A stretch of DNA of 64,000 nucleotides. Origin: Bacillota bacterium. GTDB lineage: Bacteria; Bacillota; Desulfitobacteriia; Desulfitobacteriales; JAJXUE01. The notes under the pieces were generated by a model. It did not search any database and was not told where the DNA came from. It worked only from the letters and a program-made list of their open reading frames with translations. Positions 1-8,403 of the stretch are shown one piece after another. The position numbers and the translations under genes were made by a program. Each line of letters starts with the position of its first letter. Within the stretch, counting starts at the first letter, position 1. The stretch lies in NCBI GenBank assembly GCA_021811155.1, contig JAJZPO010000001.1, forward strand, positions 1,683 to 65,682. Reading direction: 5' to 3'.

Positions 1-253
1 CCACAATTCACAATGAGACGACTTAACAGCAGACCTGCTCAACAAATTTGTGTCCTATCCGAATAAGCGTTCTGCTGAGGGTGTCCTAACCGCAATGAAT
101 TTTTCTGAAATAGAAGGAAAATCCTAAGAGATAAAGAATATAATATTCATATAATGGACCAATCAACCAGACCAATATAACGCTGAGCAGGGTCGAAACG
201 TGCTTAGAGCTGAGAGAAGGCGACGGACCTGGGCGGGGAAGAGGGCATACAAT

Positions 254-283
254 CGAACCTCGAACCTCGAACTTCGAACTTCG
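254..283. repeat. Tandem heptamer array (CGAACCT x2, CGAACTT x2)
   Basis: Four perfectly phased 7-nt units read directly at 254-281 plus a partial unit. It is the reverse complement of the AGGTTCG array at 25962-25996. Confidence 0.85.
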
Positions 284-299
284 CAAAGGGGGTGTGGGG

Positions 300-1250
300 G
301 TGAAATTGGAGAAAAAAAGCGGCATTCCATATTACATTCAGCTGAAGGAGCAAATCCTGAAAAACATTACTTCGGGCCAATGGCCGCCAGGGTACAAGCT
401 GCCGACGGAGCGCGAACTGGCGGGAGAATTGGGGGTAAGCCGGAACACTGTAGGCCAGGCGTACCAGGAACTTGAGGGCGAAGGCGTAATCAGTTCGGCC
501 CAGGGGCGGGGGACTTTTGTCACCGGCGCCGGGGCGGTCCTGCAGCGGGAGAGTCGCAAGGAGAAAGTGCTGCGCATCGTGGACGCCGCCATGGAAGAAG
601 CGGTAAGCCTGGGATTCAGCATCGATGACTTCGTATCCTTTGTCCACGTGCGCGGCATGGAGAAAAAAGCTGCTTTGAGCCGGCTCAAGGTTGCTTTTGT
701 GGAGTCGAACCGGGATCAGCTGCTGGAGTTCGAGCGCGAGGCTTATCTCGGACCGGAAGTTGCCATTGTCCCGGTCAGGCTGGAAGCCTTGACATCCGAG
801 CCGGGCCGGACCCGGGAGAGGCTGGGGGCCATGGACATGATAGTGACTACCCTCTACCACCTGAGTGCCGTGAAAAGCTTTCTTTCCGGCCAAAAGACCC
901 CGGTGATCGGGATCAGCCTGGAACCGAAACTGGAGACCATGGTGCGCATTGCCCGCCTGCCCGCATCTGAGCCCCTGGCCCTGGTGTGCGAGAGCGAGGG
1001 GTTCGCTGACAAGGTCCGTTCGGTTTTGAGCCAGGCAGGGATCTACCACGAGCTGGAGACAGTGCTGGCAAGGGATGAGAAAGACCTGGCAGCCTCACTG
1101 GCGGGACGGAGCGCGGTAGTTGCCTGTTCTTCCCGCAAAGCCCAGGCAGCAAAACTGGCTCCCGGGGCTGAGATTATCGAGTTTCGCACTTACCCGGACG
1201 CGGGTTCGCTAAACCTGCTGCGCAGCGCTCTGCTGGAACTGCGCAAGTGA
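300..1250 (+). CDS. GntR-family transcriptional regulator
   Basis: ORF 294-1250. N-terminal winged HTH of GntR type (YKLPTERELAGELGVSRNTVGQAYQELEGEGVISSAQGRGTFV). SD AAAGGGGG at 285-292 favours GTG 300 over GTG 294. The C-terminal effector domain (~240 aa) is not assigned. Confidence 0.85.
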   Translation: MKLEKKSGIPYYIQLKEQILKNITSGQWPPGYKLPTERELAGELGVSRNTVGQAYQELEGEGVISSAQGRGTFVTGAGAVLQRESRKEKVLRIVDAAMEEAVSLGFSIDDFVSFVHVRGMEKKAALSRLKVAFVESNRDQLLEFEREAYLGPEVAIVPVRLEALTSEPGRTRERLGAMDMIVTTLYHLSAVKSFLSGQKTPVIGISLEPKLETMVRIARLPASEPLALVCESEGFADKVRSVLSQAGIYHELETVLARDEKDLAASLAGRSAVVACSSRKAQAAKLAPGAEIIEFRTYPDAGSLNLLRSALLELRK

Positions 1251-1304
1251 GGCCGCTTACTGGCTGGGCTTAGTTGTCAGAACTCACTGATGAATGAAAC
1301 CTTC

Positions 1305-1343
1305 TTGCTAGGACAACGGGGACGGTTCTGGACGTCCTAGCAA
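1305..1343 (+). repeat. Conserved-core hairpin repeat (CTAGGAC-stem type)
   Basis: TTGCTAGGAC / GTCCTAGCAA 10-bp inverted repeat encloses the core GGGGACGGTTCT (1318-1329). Near-identical copy at 4752-4790. Confidence 0.85.
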
Positions 1344-1494
1344 ATCCTGCCGAATCTTGACAGGTCACTTTCTTTCGATGTTACAGGGCAGACCCCCATG
1401 CTGGCTTCAGCACCAGCAGAGGATGAAAATGGATTCATAAGGTTATTTTCAGAGTAGAATGGTTCAGCTAAATCTATTCACGGAGGAGTATAAA

Positions 1495-1962
1495 GTGGAC
1501 AAACCAACCTTGGTCCTGGGTGTGATCGGGGCCGATGTTCACGCCGTCGGCAACCGGATTCTGGATTACGCTTTTACCCAGGCCGGTTTCCAGGTAATAA
1601 ATATCGGAGTCCTGGCATCCCAGGAAGAGTTTATCAATGCAGCCATCGAAACTGACGCCCAGGCGCTCCTGGTTTCCTCCCTTTACGGCCACGGGGAAAT
1701 CGACTGCCGGGGGCTGAGGGAAAAATGTGAAGAAGCCGGCATCGGGGACATCCTTATATATGTGGGCGGCAACCTGGTGGTGGGGAAACAGGACTTCGGC
1801 GAGGTGGAGCAGCGCTTTCTTGAGATGGGATTCGACCGGGTATACCCGCCGGGGATTATGCCGGAGCGGCCTATCGCCGATTTGAAGCGGGACTTGGGTC
1901 TCGAGGAAGGAGCCGGTGGTGGGGAACATCCTGCTCATGGACTTCGGCAGCACCTACACTAA
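1495..1962 (+). CDS. glmS: Glutamate mutase (methylaspartate mutase) sigma/S subunit, B12-binding
   Basis: Colinear with clostridial MutS/GlmS ([19 protein letters not shown] with DxHxxG cobalamin motif, [29 protein letters not shown]). SD GGAGGAG at 1482-1488 then GTG 1495; the track ATG 1459 is probably too long. The 3' end overlaps the next gene by 47 nt. Confidence 0.9.
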   Translation: MDKPTLVLGVIGADVHAVGNRILDYAFTQAGFQVINIGVLASQEEFINAAIETDAQALLVSSLYGHGEIDCRGLREKCEEAGIGDILIYVGGNLVVGKQDFGEVEQRFLEMGFDRVYPPGIMPERPIADLKRDLGLEEGAGGGEHPAHGLRQHLH

Positions 1963-3313
1963 AGTTGCGCTGGCCGACACGGTCAAGTGTGAAATTATGG
2001 GCACTGCCAAGGCTCATACCACGGTGGCCAGCAATATTATGCTGGGGTTAAACGAAGCCCTGGGCAAATTAGGGGTGCAGGGACCCTTTGAAAAAAGACT
2101 TGCCTGCAGCAGCGCCGCAGGCGGCCTTAAGATGGTGGCAGTGGGCCTCGTAAAGGACCTCACAGCTGAGGCGGCACGCCGCGCGGCCTTGGGAGCGGGG
2201 GCCAGAGTCCTGGATGTATTCAGCCATGAGATGACGGATAAGGACCTGGAGAGAATCACTGACCTCAAGCCCGAGATCATCCTCCTCGCCGGCGGCACAG
2301 ACGGGGGCAACAAGGAAATAATCCTGAAAAACGCCCGGACCCTGGCCCGTTTGCCCGTGAGCCTGCCGGTAGTGGTGGCGGGGAACCGGGTGGCGGCGCC
2401 GGAGGCGGCGGAAATCCTCAAGTCCAGGCACGACCCTGTCGTAATCTCCGGCAATGTGATGCCGGAACTGAATGTCCTCCGGGTGGACGAAGCGCGGCTG
2501 GCTATCCGGGAGCTGTTCCTGGCGCAAATTGTCAAGGCTAAGGGGCTGGAGCTGGCGGAGGAGTTTTCCGGCCAGGTCTTGATGCCTACCCCGGCCGCGG
2601 TTTTGAAGGCGGCGGAACTCCTGGCCCGGGGTTGCGGCGATGAGCCGGGGCTGGGCGAGCTTATGGTGGTGGATGTGGGCGGAGCAACCACTGATGTGCA
2701 CTCCATCGCCGTGGGGGACCCTTCCAAAGCGGGGGTGAGTTTGAAAGGGTTGCCCGAGCCTTATGCCAAGCGCACGGTGGAAGGGGATCTGGGGATGCGC
2801 TACAGTTCCATGGCCCTTTTCGAGGCGGCGGGCCGCCGGCTGACCGGCTACCTCGGGACGGACGCGGAAAGCCTCAGGGGATACATCGAGAGTCTCACCC
2901 GTAAGCCGGACTACCTGGCCCAGACGGAGGGAGAAAAGAAAATCGACTCGGGGTTGGGGAGGATCGCGGTGGAAATAGCGGTGGAAAGGCACTGCGGCGC
3001 TTTGGAAGTAATTTATACTCCATTTGGTGCATCCTATATACAGCACGGCAAGGACCTCACTCCTCTAAGAACTGTGATCGGCACAGGGGGAGTGCTGGCG
3101 GGAAATCCGGCGGCGCTGGAAATCCTGCAGGGTGCAGCTTTCGCGCCGGCTGCGCCAAACCTGTTAAAACCGCAGCAGCCCGAGTATTATCTGGATTCCA
3201 GCTACATCATGGCAGGGATGGGGCTTTTGGCGGAGAGCGATCCTCTGGCTGCCCTGAAGATTATGAAAAAGTACATAACGCGTTTAGGAGGAGATCAGCA
3301 TGGAAGTCACTAA
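1916..3313 (+). CDS. glmL: Glutamate mutase reactivase/chaperone MutL/GlmL
   Basis: N-terminal [18 protein letters not shown]-type ATPase motif. The gene sits between the S and E subunit genes as in Clostridium. SD GAGGAAGGAG at 1902-1911 precedes GTG 1916/1919. Confidence 0.85.
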   Translation: MVGNILLMDFGSTYTKVALADTVKCEIMGTAKAHTTVASNIMLGLNEALGKLGVQGPFEKRLACSSAAGGLKMVAVGLVKDLTAEAARRAALGAGARVLDVFSHEMTDKDLERITDLKPEIILLAGGTDGGNKEIILKNARTLARLPVSLPVVVAGNRVAAPEAAEILKSRHDPVVISGNVMPELNVLRVDEARLAIRELFLAQIVKAKGLELAEEFSGQVLMPTPAAVLKAAELLARGCGDEPGLGELMVVDVGGATTDVHSIAVGDPSKAGVSLKGLPEPYAKRTVEGDLGMRYSSMALFEAAGRRLTGYLGTDAESLRGYIESLTRKPDYLAQTEGEKKIDSGLGRIAVEIAVERHCGALEVIYTPFGASYIQHGKDLTPLRTVIGTGGVLAGNPAALEILQGAAFAPAAPNLLKPQQPEYYLDSSYIMAGMGLLAESDPLAALKIMKKYITRLGGDQHGSH

Positions 3314-4751
3314 CCGGCGTCTGGACCAGGATGAGTTCGAACGGGAGCGGCAGGAAGTTTTGCGCCAGTGGATGACCGGGGGCGAAGTGGACCTGGCTGA
3401 GGCGGTGGAGTATCAGAAGAACCTGCCCAGGCACAAGGTGCTGGCTTACAAGCTGGAGCAGGGTAAGGAACAGGGTATCACCTACGCCCAGCCCCGGGCG
3501 GGAGTGGCCCTAATCAATGAGCATATCGAGCTCTTGCGCTTTTTGCAGGATGAGGGCGGGGCTGACATGCTTCCCACCACCATAGACTCCTACACCAGGC
3601 AGAACCGTTACACCGAAGCACAAGGGGGCATCGAGGAGAGCCGCACTGTGGGGCGCTCCATGCTGAACGGCTTTCCCGCCGTGAACCATGGAGTGAATGC
3701 CTGCCGCAGGGTGGTGGAGTCAGTCAATGTGCCAGTACAGGTGCGGCACGGCACTCCTGATGCCAGACTCCTGGCCGAGATAACTCTTGCCGGCGGGTTT
3801 ACGGACTTTGAGGGTGGTGGAATTTCTTACAATATCCCCTATGCCAAGGATGTTCCGCTGGCAGACACCATCCGGCACTGGCAGTATGTGGACCGCCTGG
3901 TGGGGATGTACGAGGAGAAGGGGGTACGCATCAACCGGGAGCCCTTCGGCCCCCTGACAGGAACTCTGGTGCCGCCCTGCATCTCCCATGCCGTAGCTGT
4001 CATTGAGGCCGTCCTGGCAGTGGAACAGGGCGTGAAAAGCCTTACCCTGGGCTACGGCCAGTGCGGCAACCTCCTGCAGGACGTGGCTGCGGTCCATACC
4101 CTCACGCAACTAGCGGAGGAATATCTTGCGAAGCTGGGGCTGGGCCCGGTAAGCCTGACCACGGTATTTCACCAGTGGATGGGAGGCTTTCCCCAGGACG
4201 AGGCCAAGGCCTACGGCGTGATTTCCTGGGGTGCGGCCACCGCTGCCCTGGCCAAAGCGAGCAAAGTAATTGTTAAAACTCCCCATGAAGCCTTGGGCAT
4301 CCCCACCAAAGAAGCCAATGCTGCGGGTATTCGCGCTACCAAGCAGGTCCTGAACATGCTGAAAGACCAGCGCCTGCCCCGCACCGAGGAGCTGAAGGCG
4401 GAAGAAGATATCATCCGGGCGGAGACCAGGGCCATTCTGGACAAGGTGCTGGAACTGGGGGATGGAGACATGGCCCTCGGGGCTGTGCGCAGTTTCCAGG
4501 CCGGAGTTATCGATGTGCCTTTTGCTCCCAGCAGGTTTAACGCCGGCAAAATCCTGCCGGCCCGGGACCACCAGGGTGCGGTGCGGATTCTCGACTTCGG
4601 CAACGTGCCCTTTGGACAGGAAATCAGGCAGTTCCACCAGGAGATGATCGGGAAGCGGGGCAAGGCCGAATCGCGCGACCCCTCCTTCCAGATGGTGATC
4701 GACGACATCTATGCTATTGGGAAAGGGATGCTTGTAGGGAGACCCAGATAG
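3300..4751 (+). CDS. glmE: Glutamate mutase (methylaspartate mutase) epsilon/E subunit
   Basis: 483-aa ORF of the expected size, in S-L-E gene order. SD GGAGGAG at 3286-3292. 14-nt overlap with glmL. Confidence 0.9.
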   Translation: MEVTNRRLDQDEFERERQEVLRQWMTGGEVDLAEAVEYQKNLPRHKVLAYKLEQGKEQGITYAQPRAGVALINEHIELLRFLQDEGGADMLPTTIDSYTRQNRYTEAQGGIEESRTVGRSMLNGFPAVNHGVNACRRVVESVNVPVQVRHGTPDARLLAEITLAGGFTDFEGGGISYNIPYAKDVPLADTIRHWQYVDRLVGMYEEKGVRINREPFGPLTGTLVPPCISHAVAVIEAVLAVEQGVKSLTLGYGQCGNLLQDVAAVHTLTQLAEEYLAKLGLGPVSLTTVFHQWMGGFPQDEAKAYGVISWGAATAALAKASKVIVKTPHEALGIPTKEANAAGIRATKQVLNMLKDQRLPRTEELKAEEDIIRAETRAILDKVLELGDGDMALGAVRSFQAGVIDVPFAPSRFNAGKILPARDHQGAVRILDFGNVPFGQEIRQFHQEMIGKRGKAESRDPSFQMVIDDIYAIGKGMLVGRPR

Positions 4752-4790
4752 CTTGCTAGGACAACGGGGACGGTTCTGGGCGTCCTAGCG
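4752..4790 (+). repeat. Conserved-core hairpin repeat (CTAGGAC-stem type)
   Basis: Starts one nt after the glmE stop. CTTGCTAGGAC...GTCCTAGCG encloses GGGGACGGTTCT (4766-4777). Confidence 0.85.
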
Positions 4791-4888
4791 AAAAAAGTAG
4801 ATTAATGGTGGTTCCCTGGGCGAAAATGAGTTCGCCAGTCTTCTAGATTTTAAATCCCGGAAGAGGGATGCCGGCGGGAGGTAATAAC

Positions 4889-6142
4889 GTGAAAATCGTC
4901 GAAGTACTAGCTGCGCCAGGACTTACAGGTTTCTATTTTGATGACCAGAAGGCCATCAAGCTGGGGGCGGAACAAGATGGGTTTTCCTACACCGGGGAGC
5001 CCAAAACCCCTGGCTTTACGGCAGTGCGCCAGCGCGGCGAGTCTATATCCGTGCTGCTTGTGCTTGAGGACGGGCAGGTGGCTTACGGAGACTGTGCCGC
5101 TGTACAGTACTCGGGAGCGGGGGGGCGGGACCCATTGTTCCTGGCGGAAGAGTTTATCCCGTTAATTATGGAAGAAATAGCTCCTCACCTGGAGGGAAGG
5201 GAACTGGACTCCTTCCGGCAGCTGGCCGAAGAAGTTGAAGCCTTGCGCCGCCCCAACGGGGAGGTCTACCACACGGCCATCCGGTATGGGGTGAGCCAGG
5301 CCATCCTGGATGCGGTGGCCAAGGCCCGGCATGTTAGCATGACAGAGATAATCGCCAAGGAGTACGACCTGCCCATTCAGGCTGAGCCGGTGCCGGTGTT
5401 CGCCCAGACCGGGGATGACAGGTATCTGAACGCGGACAAGGCTATCTTGAAGCGGGCGGATGTGCTCCCCCACGGGCTGATAAATAATGTGGAGAGCAAG
5501 CTTGGGCGCCGTGGCGAGAAGCTCATGGACTATGTCCGCTGGCTGAAAAACAGGGTCCTGGAACTGGGGGACCCGGCCTACCGCCCTGTGCTTCACATCG
5601 ATGTCTACGGCACCATCGGCCTTGCCCTCGGGGAGGATACGGAGAGGATGGCTGAGTACCTCGGCCAGTTGGGTGAAGCGGCCCAGCCACTTAAGCTCAG
5701 GATCGAGGGCCCTATGGACGCGGGGAGCAAGGAGGGCCAGATCAGGGCCCTGAAGGAACTTCGCCTGGCTTTGGAGGCGCGGCAGATCCCGGTGGAGATA
5801 GTGGCGGATGAGTGGTGCAACACTTATGAAGACATTGTGGAATTCGTGGACGCAGGAGCGGGCCACATGGTTCAGATCAAGACCCCGGATTTGGGCGGGA
5901 TTCAAAACTCCATAGCCGCGGTGCTCTACGCCAAAAAGCGCGGGGTCAAGGCTTATCTGGGGGGGTCCTGCAATGAAACCGACTGCGGCGGCAGGGCCTG
6001 TGTCCATGTGGCCCTGGCCACCCGCCCTGACCAGATGCTGGCCAAGCCCGGGATGGGTGTGGACGAGGGTTTTATGATTGTACGCAATGAGATGAACCGC
6101 ACCCTGGCCCTGCTGCACCACTTGCTTGCGGGCAGGGATTGA
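4889..6142 (+). CDS. mal: 3-methylaspartate ammonia-lyase (beta-methylaspartase)
   Basis: VKIVEVLAAPGLTGFYFDDQKAIK...ESISVLLVLEDGQVAYGDCAAVQYSGAGGRDPLF follows the clostridial methylaspartase N-terminus almost residue for residue. SD GGGAGG at 4876-4881 then GTG 4889. Confidence 0.92.
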   Translation: MKIVEVLAAPGLTGFYFDDQKAIKLGAEQDGFSYTGEPKTPGFTAVRQRGESISVLLVLEDGQVAYGDCAAVQYSGAGGRDPLFLAEEFIPLIMEEIAPHLEGRELDSFRQLAEEVEALRRPNGEVYHTAIRYGVSQAILDAVAKARHVSMTEIIAKEYDLPIQAEPVPVFAQTGDDRYLNADKAILKRADVLPHGLINNVESKLGRRGEKLMDYVRWLKNRVLELGDPAYRPVLHIDVYGTIGLALGEDTERMAEYLGQLGEAAQPLKLRIEGPMDAGSKEGQIRALKELRLALEARQIPVEIVADEWCNTYEDIVEFVDAGAGHMVQIKTPDLGGIQNSIAAVLYAKKRGVKAYLGGSCNETDCGGRACVHVALATRPDQMLAKPGMGVDEGFMIVRNEMNRTLALLHHLLAGRD

Positions 6143-6182
6143 GGGTCGGGAGTCAGAAGTCAGGAGTCAGGAGTCAGAATGG
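6143..6182 (+). repeat. Tandem heptamer array (GGGTCGG GAGTCAG AAGTCAG GAGTCAG GAGTCAG AATGG)
   Basis: Begins immediately after the mal stop codon. Period-7 repetition read directly. Confidence 0.85.
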
Positions 6183-6270
6183 TTTTAGTATGCTTATACT
6201 GCGATTGGGATCTTCGCATTGCTCTGAAGAAAGACCCATGGATCTTGGGGCCTGAAGAAAGGGATAAGGC

Positions 6271-7245
6271 GTGAAAATTGGGCTAACCACCACTGTGCCG
6301 GTGGAAGTGATTTTCGCCGCGGGCCATACTCCCGTGGACATCAACAATATATTTATCGGTGATCAGAACCCCATGCACCTGGTGGAGGAAGCGGAGATTG
6401 CCGGTTACCCGCGCAACGTGTGCGGCTGGATCAAGGGCCTCTATGCTACCGTGCTGCGCGAGGAGGATATCCGGGCCGTGGTGGCTGTGACCCAGGGTGA
6501 CTGCTCCAACACCCATGCCCTGATGGAGACCTGGCAGCACAAGGGGATCGAAATCATTCCCTTTGCTTTTCCCTATGACCGGGACTACGACATGCTGAAG
6601 CTCCAGATTGAGAAGCTGATACAGGTTTTGGGCACGGATTGGGAGCAGACGGTCAAGTGGAAGAAAAATTTGGACGAGGTGCGCAGCCTTGCCTGGGAGC
6701 TGGACCGGCTGACATGGGAAGAGAACCGGGCGACCGGGTTTGAAAACCACCTGTGGCAGGTATCCAGCAGCGACTTCAACGGGGATCCGGACAAATTTGC
6801 CCGGGACCTGGCAGGAGCGCTGGCGGAGGCCCGGGCCAGAGAGCCCCTGGCCCCGGCCCTGCGCCTCGGCTTTATTGGGGTGCCGCCAATAGTGCCTGAG
6901 TTGTACGATTACCTGGAGGCCCAGGGGGCCAGGGTGGTGTTCAATGAGGTGCAGCGCCAGTTCAGCATGCCTTTTCAGGTGGAGGACCTGGTGGAGCAGT
7001 ACCGCCTCTACACCTACCCCTACAATGTCTTCGGCAGGATTGAAGATATCAAGCGCCAGGCTGAGCTGCGCCGCCTGGACGGGTTGATCCACTATACCCA
7101 GAGCTTTTGTTTCCGGCAGATTGAGGACCTGATTATCCGCCAGGAAATCGATTTGCCGATTCTCACCCTGGAGGGGGACAGCCCCACCCGCCTGGACGCC
7201 CGCAGCAAGATGCGGCTGGACTCCTTCATCGAGATGCTTAAATAG
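6271..7245 (+). CDS. 2-hydroxyacyl-CoA dehydratase family (HgdB/BcrB-like, HGD-D) Fe-S protein, single subunit
   Basis: 324 aa. N-terminus GLTTTVPVEVIFAAGHTPV and three spaced Cys (NVCGW, GDCSN, SFCFRQ) as in the D-component of ATP-activated radical dehydratases. Only one such subunit gene is present. Confidence 0.7.
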   Translation: MKIGLTTTVPVEVIFAAGHTPVDINNIFIGDQNPMHLVEEAEIAGYPRNVCGWIKGLYATVLREEDIRAVVAVTQGDCSNTHALMETWQHKGIEIIPFAFPYDRDYDMLKLQIEKLIQVLGTDWEQTVKWKKNLDEVRSLAWELDRLTWEENRATGFENHLWQVSSSDFNGDPDKFARDLAGALAEARAREPLAPALRLGFIGVPPIVPELYDYLEAQGARVVFNEVQRQFSMPFQVEDLVEQYRLYTYPYNVFGRIEDIKRQAELRRLDGLIHYTQSFCFRQIEDLIIRQEIDLPILTLEGDSPTRLDARSKMRLDSFIEMLK

Positions 7246-7265
7246 GCTCTGGGGCAATTCTTTTT

Positions 7266-7291
7266 GGTCGGAATTCAGGAGTCAGAATGGG
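7266..7291 (+). repeat. Heptamer array (GGTCGGAATTCAGGAGTCAGAATGGG)
   Basis: Lies 21 nt after the stop at 7245. Same terminal GAGTCAGAATGG as the arrays at 6143, 7542 and 50396. Confidence 0.8.
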
Positions 7292-7308
7292 TTAAGCCTG
7301 AATCAAGG

Positions 7309-7334
7309 GTGTCAGGGGGACTGTCCCCGTGACA
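7309..7334. repeat. Palindromic repeat GTGTCA-GGGGGACTGTCCCC-GTGACA
   Basis: Imperfect palindrome read directly. Sister copies at 10136-10164 and 50560-50586. Confidence 0.8.
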
Positions 7335-7393
7335 TTGCATGCCGCTACGCGGCACCACTTATGAATGAAACGAGAGCTTGCTAGCAGCAGAGT

Positions 7394-7506
7394 CGTTTGA
7401 TATATCCGGAGAGCGCGATTTTATTTGAAGCGTCCTCACCTTGCGCGATAGCGTTTCGAATCAGAGGACGGTTCAAATTCATGAGCGCCGGAGGATATAT
7501 CAAACG
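7394..7506. repeat. Long imperfect hairpin (~45-nt arms) in the dehydratase-activase spacer
   Basis: CGTTTGATATATCC...ATTTGAAGCGTCCTC pairs with GAGGACGGTTCAAAT...GGATATATCAAACG. The right arm carries the family core (GAGGACGGTTC, 7464-7474). Confidence 0.7.
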
Positions 7507-7541
7507 GACCCCAGCAGACCCGAACTGACCCAATGTTTCAG

Positions 7542-7565
7542 GGCAGGAGTCAGGAGTCAGAATGG
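7542..7565 (+). repeat. Heptamer array (GGCAGGAGTCAGGAGTCAGAATGG)
   Basis: Direct repeat of the 7266-7291 array. It flanks the long hairpin on the other side. Confidence 0.8.
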
Positions 7566-7586
7566 TTTTGGAAGGGATGTTGGAGT

Positions 7587-8345
7587 TTGACTGTAAGTTG
7601 CGGGATTGACCTGGGCAGCCGCAGTGTTAAAGTGGCTGTCCTGCAGGATGAAAAGATACTGGAACTGAAAACCTTCGATACCATTGAGTTTTACCGGAAT
7701 TACAGCCGCCGGGTTGAGGGTGATTTAAGGGTGGATCTGTCCGGACTGGGGGTACCGGAGACGGACAGGCTGGTCTCCACCGGTTATGGGCGCAATGCCC
7801 TGAACCTGGCCGGGGCCAGGGTAATCCCGGAAATCAAGGCTCATCTCCTGGGAGCAATTTTCCAAACCGGGCTCAAGGACTTCACCCTGCTTGACATGGG
7901 AGGTCAGGACAGCAAGATCATCAAGGTGCAGCGGGGCAGAATGGCGGACTTTTTGACCAATGACAAGTGTGCCGCGTCCACGGGCAGGTACCTGGAGAAC
8001 ATGGCCAATGTCCTGGGTGTCACGCTGGAAGAGCTGGGCAGGTACTGGCAGGAGCCGGTAGAGCTTAATTCCACCTGTGCCGTGTTCGGTGAAAGCGAAC
8101 TTATTGGAAGAATTGTGGACGGCCATGACATAGGAAATCTCGCGGCAGGGGTAAACTATACGATTTTCCGGCGGATTCAGCCCATGCTCAGACAGTTGAT
8201 GAGCCCGGTCATCGTCTTTACCGGCGGGGTGGCAGGCAACTTGGCCCTGCGGCGGATTATTGAGAGCGAGACCGGGGCCGAGGTTGTGGTGCCGGAACAT
8301 CACCAGCACAACGGGGCCATAGGAGCGGCGGTACAGAAGCTATGA
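7587..8345 (+). CDS. Acyl-CoA dehydratase activase (HgdC/BcrAD/BadFG-family ATPase)
   Basis: SCGIDLGSRSVKVAVL N-terminal ASKHA motif, DKCAASTGRYLE and STCAVFGESE cluster-Cys motifs. SD GGAAGGGA at 7571-7578 then TTG 7587; the track ATG 7533 lies inside the repeat array. Confidence 0.85.
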   Translation: MTVSCGIDLGSRSVKVAVLQDEKILELKTFDTIEFYRNYSRRVEGDLRVDLSGLGVPETDRLVSTGYGRNALNLAGARVIPEIKAHLLGAIFQTGLKDFTLLDMGGQDSKIIKVQRGRMADFLTNDKCAASTGRYLENMANVLGVTLEELGRYWQEPVELNSTCAVFGESELIGRIVDGHDIGNLAAGVNYTIFRRIQPMLRQLMSPVIVFTGGVAGNLALRRIIESETGAEVVVPEHHQHNGAIGAAVQKL

Positions 8346-8403
8346 GGCAGGAATCGCGGGTCGGAAATCGGCTTGAGGGTAATAAGCTAGAGGTGATGCA
8401 AAC

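Noticed and set aside
1-253. A gene or mobile-element end at the left edge, including ORF 86-325(-).
   Set aside because: All frames are interrupted and the 79-aa ORF has no features. Only two GTGTCCTAWCC words (50-60, 80-90) reminiscent of the hairpin-repeat stems are visible, which is too little to call an element.
1344-1494. Possible cobalamin riboswitch upstream of the B12-dependent glutamate mutase genes.
   Set aside because: I found no B12-box-like element or the expected multi-stem architecture in the 150-nt leader, only a TTGACA hexamer (1366-1371) without a convincing -10. A covariance-model scan would be needed to exclude it fully.
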